Shown here in pieces: positions 51,211 to 62,653 of a DNA stretch of 64,000 bases. The notes beneath the pieces were generated by a model. It was not told the DNA's origin. It ran no database searches and saw only the letters and a list, made by a program, of their open reading frames with translations. The position numbers and the translations under genes were made by a program. Numbering within the stretch: the stretch's first letter is position 1; each line of letters opens with the position of its first letter. The DNA is from Magallana gigas (taxonomy: Eukaryota): contig NC_088854.1 in the NCBI RefSeq assembly GCF_963853765.1, forward strand, positions 45,136,001 to 45,200,000, read 5' to 3'.

Positions 51211-54200
51211 ATAATGGTCAGTAGCTAAGTGTTTTTTCTATGCTAAACTTTGTTAAATAATAAAAGATTCTGCAAGAAAGTGTGAAAAACAGAGTGAATT
51301 GATGATTTGATTATATACTCAATGACATGTGAACCAGTATTTATATTTTAAGTGAAAATGGAATGTCATAAAAATGAATATAAACAATTTTATTCAATGA
51401 CTTGTATTATAAACACACCTGAAGAATATATTTTCATACAATATGTGCATCACAATATTTTTGTCATTTATGTAAAGAGTAATCGAAAGTAATTGAAAAA
51501 GTAACTATAATTACATTGAACTTTTTAGCTGCAGTCGATTAAATTACGATTACAAGTAATCGAAAACCTCTTCGATTACAGATTACTATAAATTTCTTGA
51601 AAAGAGTAATCATTACAATCGATTACGATTACTCGCGATCGATTACGATTACCCCATGCCTGGTTTCAGCTTCAAGTTCAACATTTAATGCTCGAATTTA
51701 AACCGAAAGCTTACATTTATGCCAAAATAGCTCTGTTTTTGGCCAGATGAGCGTATAAGCAAGCTGTTGGTCTATTTACACGAACAATGTATTGCATGTT
51801 TTATCCAATTGAATTTTTAAGAATGTGTCGATTTTACAGCAATGAAAAAATGATGATACATTAGTAAATATTAGACACCAGAGCTGTGGATTAGGACGAG
51901 GGACAAGTCAAATAGAAAATTAATCAGTCGTCTTTAAATCTTTTGAAAATAAAAGGAAGGTAACGGTTGAAATATGTCTTGATATGTGATTTCCTTGCAC
52001 GGTCACCAGGTAAATTTGTTTTATGAAGAAACTTAATTTTTTAAACGTAAATTTATCGTAAAAATCAAACAAATGAATCAACATAGAAAGTTGACATATA
52101 ACAAACATTAGAATTCGAGAAAATCAAAGTTGAAATACTCATTTGCAGAAAAATTGAAACAAAATCGATGCATGTGACTCTCGGAAAGATATCTATTTTT
52201 TGTTTTATAATTCAACATACTTGTGGAAAATATTTAGTTTTCGTTTTATAGTTCAACAAACTAAAGGAAAGATATTTAGTTTTCGTTTTATATTTTAACA
52301 AACTAACCTGCAGGTACAATCCAGGGTCCTTTATACACTTTATTATTCAAGAATATTTCAGAGAAATTTTGGGCATTCATGCTTTGAATTATGTCGAAGG
52401 TGTCCTCGTCATTTTGGATTTCCTTATCATACAATATTTTTGACTTTAGACAGCAATCCCTTGACGAATCAAACCAGTTCTTTTTATTCTTGTCTTCAAT
52501 GGTTTCTTCTGTTGTTGTATGCAAATCAGTACCTAAAAACCATTCTTTAAAATTAGGCAATTCTACTAGTTTTCACAGAATAATTGTTGCATTCCATATG
52601 AAGAAAAATAAACCCAAAGTACACTTCGATGGTACTCTCCCGGAGAATTCTGTGGTTCTGAATTCTCAAATGTAATAAATTCATCCAATCATTCAAATTC
52701 TCATGTAGTCTTAAAAATAAATTTATACTTTTCGCCCCAATACACATCTAAGAAACAACCTACTCTCAGTAGAATATGTTGTCTGTGATCCTTGATGGTG
52801 CATATCCGTCCCTGTTGCACTCGATGTGAGAATGCTACAGTTGCTAGAAAAAATATTCATTTTGCAAGACAATGGATTCCAGGTCTTTCTTTCAATTACT
52901 CCAGTCCACACCGATATATTTTCTGCTGTGAATTGCGTGAAGGTTAAAATATTTTCTAAAGCTCCTGACTGAAAGTCTTCAGGTAAAAACAAATGAGCAG
53001 ATTCCTTTTTACAGTAGTGCCAACTCTCCATGAAATTTGTTTCATTGTCAGAAAATATGTATTTGATCTTTTTATCTGTGGAATGAAAAAGTGCTATATA
53101 CATGAATAGGTAAATATGATGGGTATTAAAGTTAGAACTTATAAAAGATTTAAGTTAAAATACCTGTAACTTTCTGGCAAATTATTGCAAAAGATTCGTT
53201 ACAGTACGTAGTGTGAACTGTGAAGGTGATTGGTCTAATTTCCATCTTTAGGTTGGCTACAACACATAGGTCTTCTCCCAAAGTATTAAGAGTGTCTCCC
53301 TGAAGGTCAGGGTCAGCATTGATCTCGTATATATGTTGACCTGCCAAAATTTGTATTATTTTTCATATACAACGTTTGAAAACAATAAGCATATAAAATC
53401 AAAGTTATAATTGGTTGAGAAACAAATAAACAAAAGAATCTTTGGACAATTTGCCAACTCTCGTAACTAACCACCATCAATCTTAATACAATACAGTAAG
53501 TACAATGCATGCACATCAATTCTAAATATATATGAACAGATTTATAAGAAACAAATCATAATTATTTATAAGAGAAATCAAAATCGGAGTGGCCTCTATC
53601 TGGTCAATAGTGTTTCATAAGGATAACTGTAAGATTAATTATTTCGAAATTTCAGTAAAAAGATCCCCTTCCCCTCTATTTGCTTGTTATCTGTTTACCT
53701 GTCTCTTTGTCAATCTGTATAGAAGGTTCTGCATTTCCTCTTTCACATTTGCATTTCAAATCCTTCGAATGAATTAAAAATGATATCGTTATACTTCACA
53801 TATAAGATGATAGCATATTCATAAAAAAAAGTTTAGGCATACAAAAGTCAATTTTTTTTAAACGAATATAAGTCGACTATTCTATAGATGGAATAAATAT
53901 TTCAGCTAAATGTACGCTATTCGTATACTGATTTTATCAAATATTTAACACTGTGTAAGATGTTAATCTCAAATTGCCCATAAGATTTACGAAAAAATCC
54001 TACCTGTTCTGTAAATGTTACGTGAAAAAACTGATATGCGTCACACTCCTGAGCACAGTTATAAGCTTTCAATAGTTTTTCAAAGAGTAAATGCGATGAG
54101 TTTAATCTAGTAGGTAAAGCTAGCCCAAAATCTACAATGAATAATGAATATGTTATATTGATATTTTTTACTACATTTTGAACGAACCATGACCCATAGA

Positions 54201-57200
54201 CCCTAGTATACAAGCTTAAATTTATATACCTTTATTTCGTTGTTAATAAAAGTTTTGTGTTTTTAACAACCTTAGCAGCCAAATGCTTGACTTAGCTTTC
54301 ATCACATGGACAGTTCAATGTTTTATATCATCATCATTGTCACCATCGTTGTTTTGACATTCTTTTTACTTATATTACTCTCTACAGAGTCACAAGAGTA
54401 ACACAAGTAAAATAAGTTGACTTGGTGAAAAAAATTCAAATGAAGAATAAATATATGCTCTAGAGAATAGAATAGAAATAAAAAAAAAGGTTTGAATGGT
54501 GTTTTGTTTTTAAATTCTTAAGTATAGACCCCATAGTGATTTGAAGGTAATACGAGGCCAATGTTAACAAAACATGTTGTGAGAGAAAACTGTCAAAAAT
54601 TGTGTTTCAAGGGCCCAAATCCTTCATTTTAAGATATTCAGTAAAAGCATCTAAATAGAATATATTAAAAGTGTTTTCACAATACGATCGCTTACTTATA
54701 AATGAGTTGCAAAATGTATATATGAAGTAGAGAAAGACTTTTGTTTAGATTAAAATGAATTGCTACAACTTATATAACTAGCATTAGTTGTGAAGATATT
54801 ATAAAACACCATAGACTTGAGATTCTTCTATGACATCAGAATCATACATATCGGGGAGCCCATAAAAACGTAGAATACAAAAAAATTTAGTAAAAACGTC
54901 TTTTCGAGATAAAAATAATACATTTTGCAATACAAAAATGTAAATTTGGTTTGATTTGCGCAATGCATGCCATTTTTTGATTTCTTTTTTATTCGATGAA
55001 TAATTCTCAAGGCAATGCCATATGTAACTCATGTAGGTGTTCGTTTTAGCTTGAATAAAAATATGGTTATATTTTGGGTTTTTAAATCGTAATTATTTCA
55101 TTCATTTCATATTGAACAGAAAAGTTTTCCTTTTTGATTTACATTTATTGAACATGAAATAATATACGGACATGAAAAATTGTACCTATACACGTTGTTT
55201 TGAACATTCTTAGTATTAGAGGTATCGTTAGATTTCCTTAATTTTATTCTAAATTATTATGGCTTGCAATATCTATGACAAATATATGTAATTAAAATCA
55301 TTAGATAGCCCTGAAGATGCATATTGTGATGAATCTTATTATTTGCAAGCTTGTCCTACTTCTATTTTGTAGTCTTCTCATCAACATTTCAAATTAACGA
55401 TGAAATTGACTTCTTCAAGATTTTCATTTGATGCTACATGTATAAAATCATTGTGATACAGGGATACTTAAAGTATCTTTTTAACACTATTTTCTCAATT
55501 AGATTCTTTGGTTAATGTATTGATTGACCATTTTATAACTAAATTTTTAAAATGAAACATTACGGAACTTGTACGATATCTATATCCTTGGGTCATTTAT
55601 CAAACAAATTAACCTTTTCCTATAGAAAACTAGAAACGGGATAATGAACCAATTTGGTTTACCGGGCACTTGTTACCAATTGTTGCCTTTAATATTCGAC
55701 AAGAATGCTAAAAAAGTAACGAAGTATTGTTATAACACGGTGCTCTGATTTTTTAATCGAATTTCTCTTTGTAAATGTAATTTTCCTTTAAATGCAATTG
55801 AAACACCTCATATCAGCAGATATACTGCTATATTTGTACCTACCCGATATCATTTAAATTGTGCAGTGAATTTTTACCAATTTAAACTTTTATTTGTCTA
55901 ATTGTGCACAGTAGGGGTCCGAGGAGCACTTGATATAATCTAGAGATTTAACATGTAACCCTGATTTAGGTTCCTATCAACAGGTAAATGTTTCAAAGCA
56001 ATAACGTTTTAAGAATTTGAATTAAGCAGCATGAAAAATGTTTTGAAGACTTATTTTAAACAGAGTTGAATCACGTTCTTTAATTGCCTTAACAATTCCC
56101 AAAAATAAGCATTGAAGCTCTCTGAAATTGGGATATTCAAATCTTTACTTGATAAATAAAAGTAATAATGAATTACACAATAACACAATTAGCATATCGA
56201 ACACGTCCAGCCATGAACAGTATCGTCAAATCTTAATGACTAACATCGCATTCGGTTGGTAAAACGTTGTCGATTTGCACTTTGAACATAATCAATCCCC
56301 TTTTAGACACTACTTTATTATCGACTTTTATGAATCATACCATGTGGTCATTCCATTGTAGTCACCCACTGTGCGTAAGAAATGCAATCAATAAAAAATA
56401 AATTGCAGAGTGTTATCTTATCTAAATTTATGAAGCTTACGTAACACATTTCAGCAATTTTGATTGACCCTGGCTATATTAATTGTAGGACTGACGTTCC
56501 TTCAAAGCATCCCAAAGAACGGTATAACGACACAAAGAGACAAAATATAACGAAAGGTATGGGTTAATACTCTTATCGTGCCGATGGAAAAAAGTCCAAT
56601 TTATCATTGCCCTGAATAAAAGGATTTTCATCCGTGTACTTTTTGTAAAAATTGCGTCAAATTGAAAATATCTTGAGCAACACCACTAAAACTAAAATAT
56701 GTTAAACAAAACATACAGGGTAATAATGCATTGCTGCACATACCTTTACTATTTGTAGAATTCTTTATCGAGCAAACATGCTGAACAAACAGAATATTGG
56801 CGGCATTCGATGAATGATCACATCCTTCTAAATCTTTCAGTTTAATATGGGATACATTATCGTGCCTACACATGTCTCCAATCCATGTTCCACTTTCAAG
56901 ATTTTCAACTAAACCATCTGTAGCATAAAACAAATTTTAAAACACACCAAAATCCGAAATGAAAAAAAACCCTCAAGTAATTAGAAGGAGAACAGATAAA
57001 ATATCACTGTATTCAACTAAACATCTTAAATTATAATCCTTAATCTTAAGAAACTCTTACAATGAATCTTTAACATTTAAGAAAATTTGGATAAATGAAA
57101 CCTTAAGCCTTGACCCTTTTTGTAAAAATATGCACATGTATAACGATCAAACAATCCTTTATCATTATGTTTCAGTTTTTAAAGTTTAATTGTTTTGCAT

Positions 57201-59833
57201 CAAAAATTTATTTCATGCAATTTTTCTCTGTTTAAGAAGAACATATTATATAATAACAAACAATCACTTTATCAATATTAATTAATGATGATATCATGAC
57301 GATCTTGCCCAAACCTTTGAAAATGTATATTACTTGTATTACTGAAACCTATTAACCTTCTTTCATTATCATCTTCTGTTATTTTCTAAGCAACCCCTTA
57401 CCCAAAATTACCCCTTTACAAGTACTCAACACAAAAACTTCTAATACTTAAATATAAAATATTTAAGACATCATTATTTTAAAAAAAAACCAAGCGAACA
57501 AAGCCCTTTAGATTGAATCAATGAGTTTTTCAGCTGACAAATGATATAACACATGAAAATTATTTATCAAATAGAAATAGTCTATTTCATTAAAAACAAT
57601 TAAATTTTAAAATATTTTTTTCATTTTCTTTCTTCAAAACGTGCAAAAAGTTAGAGATTATTTAATCTAAAAAGTGTCAATTTTGCATTTGACATTTTGA
57701 TAAGATACGTATAAGAGTTTAGTGTTATGTACTACTTAAAATGTTTGATAAAAAAGAGGATATCCTGACTCCTTGTGCCGTTACCTATAGAGAAGACGTA
57801 ACTAAACAAGACAATGTCAGACGTCGTGGGGATATTATCACACCCTATCTGCCACGTTTCCGGTGAAGCCTCGATGTTGGTCTGATCCAAAAAGTATGTG
57901 TAATCATTACAACATTTTGAAGCAACACAGTTTGTTAAACAAGTACATTAGTGAAAAATTGAATAAATCTATGTCAACGAAAAAATGAGAAAAATATTAA
58001 AATTCAATTTATTTTGAATAATGTTTTGTAATAAAGCACTGCACATTTTGGTTTGTTATATGAAATTTGAAAAGCCTTTTGTAGATCATCAGGTTTTAGC
58101 AGAAATATTTTAATTAAACATATTTTGGGGAAAACAATGTCATAACGATGCTTGACATGTATTCTCTTTCTTACCAAAGAGTTCCTAATGCAGGTTTGAC
58201 AGAGATCAAACATCTCCCTTAGGTAAACACCAACTACTTCTCCATAGGAAACTGCAAATACAGAAGTTATTTCTTAGTAGAACAATTACAAGAATAAGAA
58301 AATCGATTTCACATTTATTTAATCTTACCAGATTCTACGTACGAAATACAGCTCTGGAGAGGATGCTCAAAGGTATTATTGCTAGTATCACTATACATAT
58401 CCGGAAGAGGGATACTACCACTACTATATTTTGTTTGAATCCACAAAGTTTTGTTAGCAATCAAATACTGTTCTTCTTGTAACAAAGCGAAACCATTTCC
58501 AATTAGAGTGCAAGTAAAAACTAAAACTAAAAAAAAGAGAACATGAATAAGTATACTTTGAGACTAATGGAAAAAAGGAGAAAGAATATCAGGGAAATGA
58601 ATTAAACGTGTTGTTATTAATGCAGTGTTTAACCAATGTAACTTATAACTAATTTTGCCGCAATTTTTTTTTAAAGAACAATGTATGAACTGTAAAGGAG
58701 CTTCCGTAAGTGTTTTCTTAGATAGAGGTGATTAATTGTGGGTTTATGAAGTTTTGGCCAAGGATCTTTTGTTAACCGCACTTTTTTTCTTCAAAAACTA
58801 CAATGATGATTTGTAAAATTCAATATGTACAAATGTGTGAATAAAGTTTAAGTTCTGAAAAAAGAAAGAAAGAAAGTTAAATAAAGAGAGAGATAGATAG
58901 ACAGATATTGCAATTAATTTGATTACGGTATATTTACACACTACGTATAATTCTATCTATTTCTTACGGAAATTTGCTGTATTTTACAGCTATATATAAC
59001 TTGACAGACTGAAATAAACAGATCCACTTAAAACCAGTGTACCGATCGGTCGAAACCTTCACAGCACTTTAAGAAAAATCACGGACTGCACATAAAAAAT
59101 CTCGATGATGTCAGACTCAAATTCCCATAGACGGTTTGGCTATTTCTTTTATCTAACTTACTGATGTACATCTCACCCTATTCCGGATATATTGAAATTC
59201 AGGAGACCATGCAAATTATTTCAATATATCCGTATTTCAATATAAGCGAAGTTGACTGACGTGAAGCCGTATCCTTAATAAACAATACACTTGCTAATCA
59301 CTCTTTAATTCTTTGGCAATTGACATTTGCTACATTTTATCTGATATACATATATGTACCTGATTTGATATTAATATAATTATTGGGAAGAAGAAATAAT
59401 GACGGGAAGGCCAAATGATAGAGCAGATACATAATTATTATCTGAAACACGTACAACTACATTCCTTATTTTCACCAATTTGATAAACTACGTGAACTTT
59501 TGGGAACCACTGATTATAAGATAGATATGGATCGATAACGAAACAAACATCGACAAAAATCTCGTCAAAAAGTGTACTCTTTCAATCTTTTTAGATATAA
59601 CAGATTAACTTACAATGTTTAGTCAATGTCAAATATTCCACAGCATGATTTTAGAGTATTCTTGGATTTTAAAATATTCCTATAGTCGTGGTTTTGATTG
59701 TCAGAAAAGTTACAAAGTATTGATTGTTAGAAAAATTACAAGGATATACTAATATTTTTACATGTTACAATAAAAATAAATTGTATTTACCTGATGTAGT
59801 AAAACATGTTTTCCCAAATTTGTGATAATTCAT
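36575..59833 (-). CDS. Large type I membrane protein with tandem C-type-lectin-like and WSC-like modules (about 1,944 aa, 40 coding exons)
   Basis: Exons 5'->3': 59791-59833, 58329-58520, 58175-58251, 57785-57881, 56744-56917, 54022-54131, 53699-53762, 53164-53340, 52764-53075, 52308-52532, 49793-49893, 49587-49671, 49348-49491, 49081-49263, 48875-48982, 48128-48514, 47925-48031, 47737-47818, 47483-47635, 46670-46864, 45763-45876, 45492-45548, 44538-44762, 42778-42878, 42570-42654, 42325-42468, 42052-42234, 41854-41961, 40782-41093, 40591-40697, 40380-40461, 40136-40288, 39809-40003, 39575-39688, 39410-39463, 38359-38415, 38055-38111, 37638-37731, 37338-37442, 36575-37046. All junctions are phase-compatible; total 5,835 nt. 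Signal-like N-terminus MNYHKFGKTCFTTSVFTCTLIGNGFA; one TM segment LYIGSSCGAIVVLVLVVVSFI-KLGLKRW. The 5' exons are less certain than the duplicated core. Confidence 0.75.
38567..38972. mobile_element. 406-bp foldback element with 8-bp TSD (P/Galileo-like)
   Basis: TTATAGGC at 38559-38566 and 38973-38980. Ends CACAGGTGCTTGTGGACAGGACCGT / ACGGTCCTGTCCACAAGCACATGTG. Arms pair imperfectly inward to a centre near 38760. Confidence 0.85.
41246..41491. repeat. ~245-bp imperfect foldback (palindromic dispersed repeat)
   Basis: AAGCTTACATAATGGGAAATATACACCTAATGTA pairs with TACATTCGGTGTATATTTCCCCTTATGTAAGCTT. Inner arms AATTAAACAAT...TTGCAGAAAAA / TTTTTCTGCAA...ATTGTTTAATT. Confidence 0.75.
50380..51662. 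mobile_element. hAT-type non-autonomous element (1,283 bp) containing a (TC)n tract
   Basis: Perfect 8-bp TSD GTTTCAGC (50372-50379, 51663-51670). TIRs CAGACATGGG / CCCCATGCCTG. Subterminal GATTAC/GTAATC arrays. Confidence 0.88.
54229..56372 (-). pseudogene. Probable decayed lectin-module exons inside the lectin/WSC gene
   Basis: Fragments with in-frame stops or frameshifts follow good acceptors: VGDYNGMTTWYDS*...SWLDVF (about 56150-56372), DYIKCSSDPYCAQLDK*...HCTI* (about 55843-55939), ECQNNDG...KSSIWL (about 54229-54382). They resemble the intact module halves. Confidence 0.4.
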
Positions 59834-61851
59834 TTTTCTGCACGTTGTGATATTCGCTGAGCGCAGGTAGTGTAAAGTTTGACCAGGTTCTTAATCTTAT
59901 CAGAGAGAAAAAAGCAATCGATAATTCACGCCCATTGAAATATTTTTATCGTGATGAAAATAACGTTTAGTGTTTCTGATTTTAGAAAAAGGTGGTTCAG
60001 TCGTTTTTGTTTGTTTTTCTTTTTGGTAATTTTTTTTTATAAATAAAACCATGTATTTAAACCCAAGAAAACATTGGTTACACTCACCTGATATTTAATA
60101 TAAAAATCGTATTTCAAATCAGTATTTCTTAAAAACAATGAAATACACATCAGGATTTTTTATGCGACAAAAGTAATGAATCGTGTGGAAATTTTTAGCC
60201 ATTGCAAATGGTCGGTTTTGTATTTAGGAAATTATAATATCAAGAGTGATACAAAACAATAAAATTAAAATCGAAGTTATTACAAAAAGAAAATGATTAT
60301 TTTTCAAAGATAACAAAAGTGTCAGACTGGGTTCAAAGGACAGCTTTTTATTATCTTGAAGCAGTAGAGGTGTAAATCAATTATAGACAAGAGGTTCTTC
60401 CGGGTTCACAACCGATCCTGCGACATGCCTAAGGATAGTAAAGGTGTATGGAACACCTGTGATTTATGTCCTTTCGTAATTGAACATTTTGAATGTTGAG
60501 ATAACCATTAAGTGTTAGATTTAAACTATTTCTAAATTCTGACATTACACCGTTTGTTAACATTAAATCAGTGGACATATTCACATACGGCAAGGGTATC
60601 ACTGGAAAATCCAAGAATTTTAATCTTGAGCATTTAAAAGTCCTTTTTGTTTTCTGCTCACCTGAGCCAAAATGCCTTTAAAAAATAGTCAAAACGTTTT
60701 ATAGTTTGACGTACGGATCGAAACCTTTCCACATTTTATTTCAATCTTTCTTGAAAAAAAACTGGCCATTTTTAAGTGAGTAGAGGTCTGGATTCAAGTT
60801 TGGTCAAATGAAAGGATATGGATTTTTAAGGATTAGATGATAAAATTTAAGAAATTAGACTGCGGATGTTTTTAATACCAATGCACAAGAAATATTAATA
60901 TCAGTAAGAAAGATTCACTAACGACCTCTGAACTAATAATACATTTAACGCAAGAGATGGCATACATATAAAGAGGAAAGCAAAGAACATTTTCCTAAAG
61001 AGTCACACACCCTTAATATTTAAAATGTTCTAGCAAGTATTGTTTAGGTTCACATTTGTTGAACCCGTGACTTGAAGTAAAACAAAAACTGTATTATTTG
61101 TTCTGTTGGCTAAAACACTCTTAAGTAGTTAAAAGGTGCAGTTTTTCCTTTATAACACATTGTACGTTATATCCTTTATTTGGCATGTCACAAAATTTGC
61201 GAAAATTGGGAAAATCTGTAACATTTTTAATTTGCATCAGTCATATTTTGCGATTTGAAAAGTTTGTTATTGAAAATGATACGGGAAATTTCTGCGTATT
61301 CATTGATTTGTGATTAAAAAGAGATCGCGAAAAAGCGATAACTAGATTATCGCGAAAATTACCAGATATACGGTATATTGATACGATATAAGATTGCATC
61401 GTGACAACCATACATTTTTCCTCACTTAATGCATCATTAAACTTGAAATTGCATTTATGAAAACCGTGTTTGTTATGTTCGTCGAAATATACCAATTTCT
61501 TGTTTTGACGGTGGTTAGGTACAATCTATATTGTCTTTTTTTTTATCTGTGCTATTATTTAGATAACAAATCACTTACAAAATATTCAAATTTTCACATA
61601 ACTGTATTTTCATGATTTTGAAATTATTCTATATATCAAGATGTTTTGCTAAGTGTCAGTAGTAGGTGACTGCTTGTTAATTTCTTTTACAGTTCAGCTT
61701 CTTCGAGTTTTACATTCATTCATATTTAAATTAACCTACTAGCTGTTGTACTGCAGACAAAGTAAGCGTACAGATATCTTTTTGCACTGGATTTAGTAAT
61801 TCAAACAACGATTTATTGAATTCTATGTGTCTTTAGAGCAAATACATTTAA

Positions 61852-62653
61852 AGCTATACACGCTATAATTTGCGTCAATTTTGAATGACAGTGAAAACGC
61901 ATGTGTTTGTCTACTTATAAAAGTTATCCTTAATCTGTAAATTACAAGGGTGATTTTCATCTCGTTACAAAGATATAGATTTTTAATTGTTTATTTTCCT
62001 GCCAGGAAAATATACCTTTTCATGAATATTGATGAAGGAAGAGCAAACCGACCTCATTGCGCATGTCCGCGGAGAACTAGGTGGTCGTTATTGTTTGCCT
62101 AATTAAATATCCAACTTGATTTTTAATATGCTTAACAGTTGTTAATTTGAAATACATACATGTATAATGAGTAAAATACGCTTGCCATTCACGATACCCT
62201 TACTTCTGCATTAACACTTATAGGATCTATAAATAGCACATAGGGGAAAAACACAGGTCTACGTCATTTTTTTAAAGGAAGTATTCATATCTACTCACAG
62301 GCTTGTATTTTTTCCTTTTGTTTGTACTCGTATATCGGACAAATTTATGCTTTACTGAAAATATCCTTTCCTTTGTGAAACTATCACAATTATGAAGATG
62401 TTGACCCTTCACCAGTTTTGGTATGATAGGCTAAATTTAGCTGTCGATATCACGTGATAGATTGATATTCACGAGGAGGCATTACTTTCCTGGCAGGAAA
62501 ATAAATATTTTTTATTGTTTAATATTTGATATATTTGTTACGTGATCGAATTGAGCATTATAATTAACAGAATAAAGGTAACTTTTAATAGTAATCAAAC
62601 ACATACATTTTCCCCTTTATTCAAAATTGACGCAAATTATAGCGTGTATAGCT
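61852..62653. mobile_element. Kolobok-type MITE (802 bp)
   Basis: TTAA at 61848-61851 and 62654-62657. Perfect 35-bp TIR AGCTATACACGCTATAATTTGCGTCAATTTTGAAT. Internal inverted pair TTTTCCTGCCAGGAAA / TTTCCTGGCAGGAAAA. Confidence 0.9.

Larger units (their letters stand above)
38359..52532 (-). repeat. Internal tandem duplication of a 13-exon block (unit 1 about 45492-52532; unit 2 about 38359-44762)
   Basis: Paired exons have identical lengths (225, 101, 85, 144, 183, 108, 107, 82, 153, 195, 114, 57 nt); only the Thr-rich exon differs (387 vs 312). Translations are clearly homologous, e.g. TDIYDCAILCRKCWYFGMM in both. Confidence 0.92.

Noticed and set aside
52190-52300. Three degenerate ~40-bp tandem repeats next to a splice donor
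   Set aside because: Ordinary intronic slippage; nothing further supportable.
52553-52700. Possible extra lectin C-half exon (ENSEPQNSPGEYH...LFCEN)
   Set aside because: Stops lie between the nearest acceptor and this frame, key Cys residues are missing, and the flanking exons join in phase without it. At best a remnant.
54306-54401. Plus-strand hydrophobic small ORF MDSSMFYIIIIVTIVVLTFFLLILLSTESQE, and a possible plus-strand exon near 56489-56556
   Set aside because: Probably the antisense reading of a decayed minus-strand exon; no coherent plus-strand gene could be assembled.
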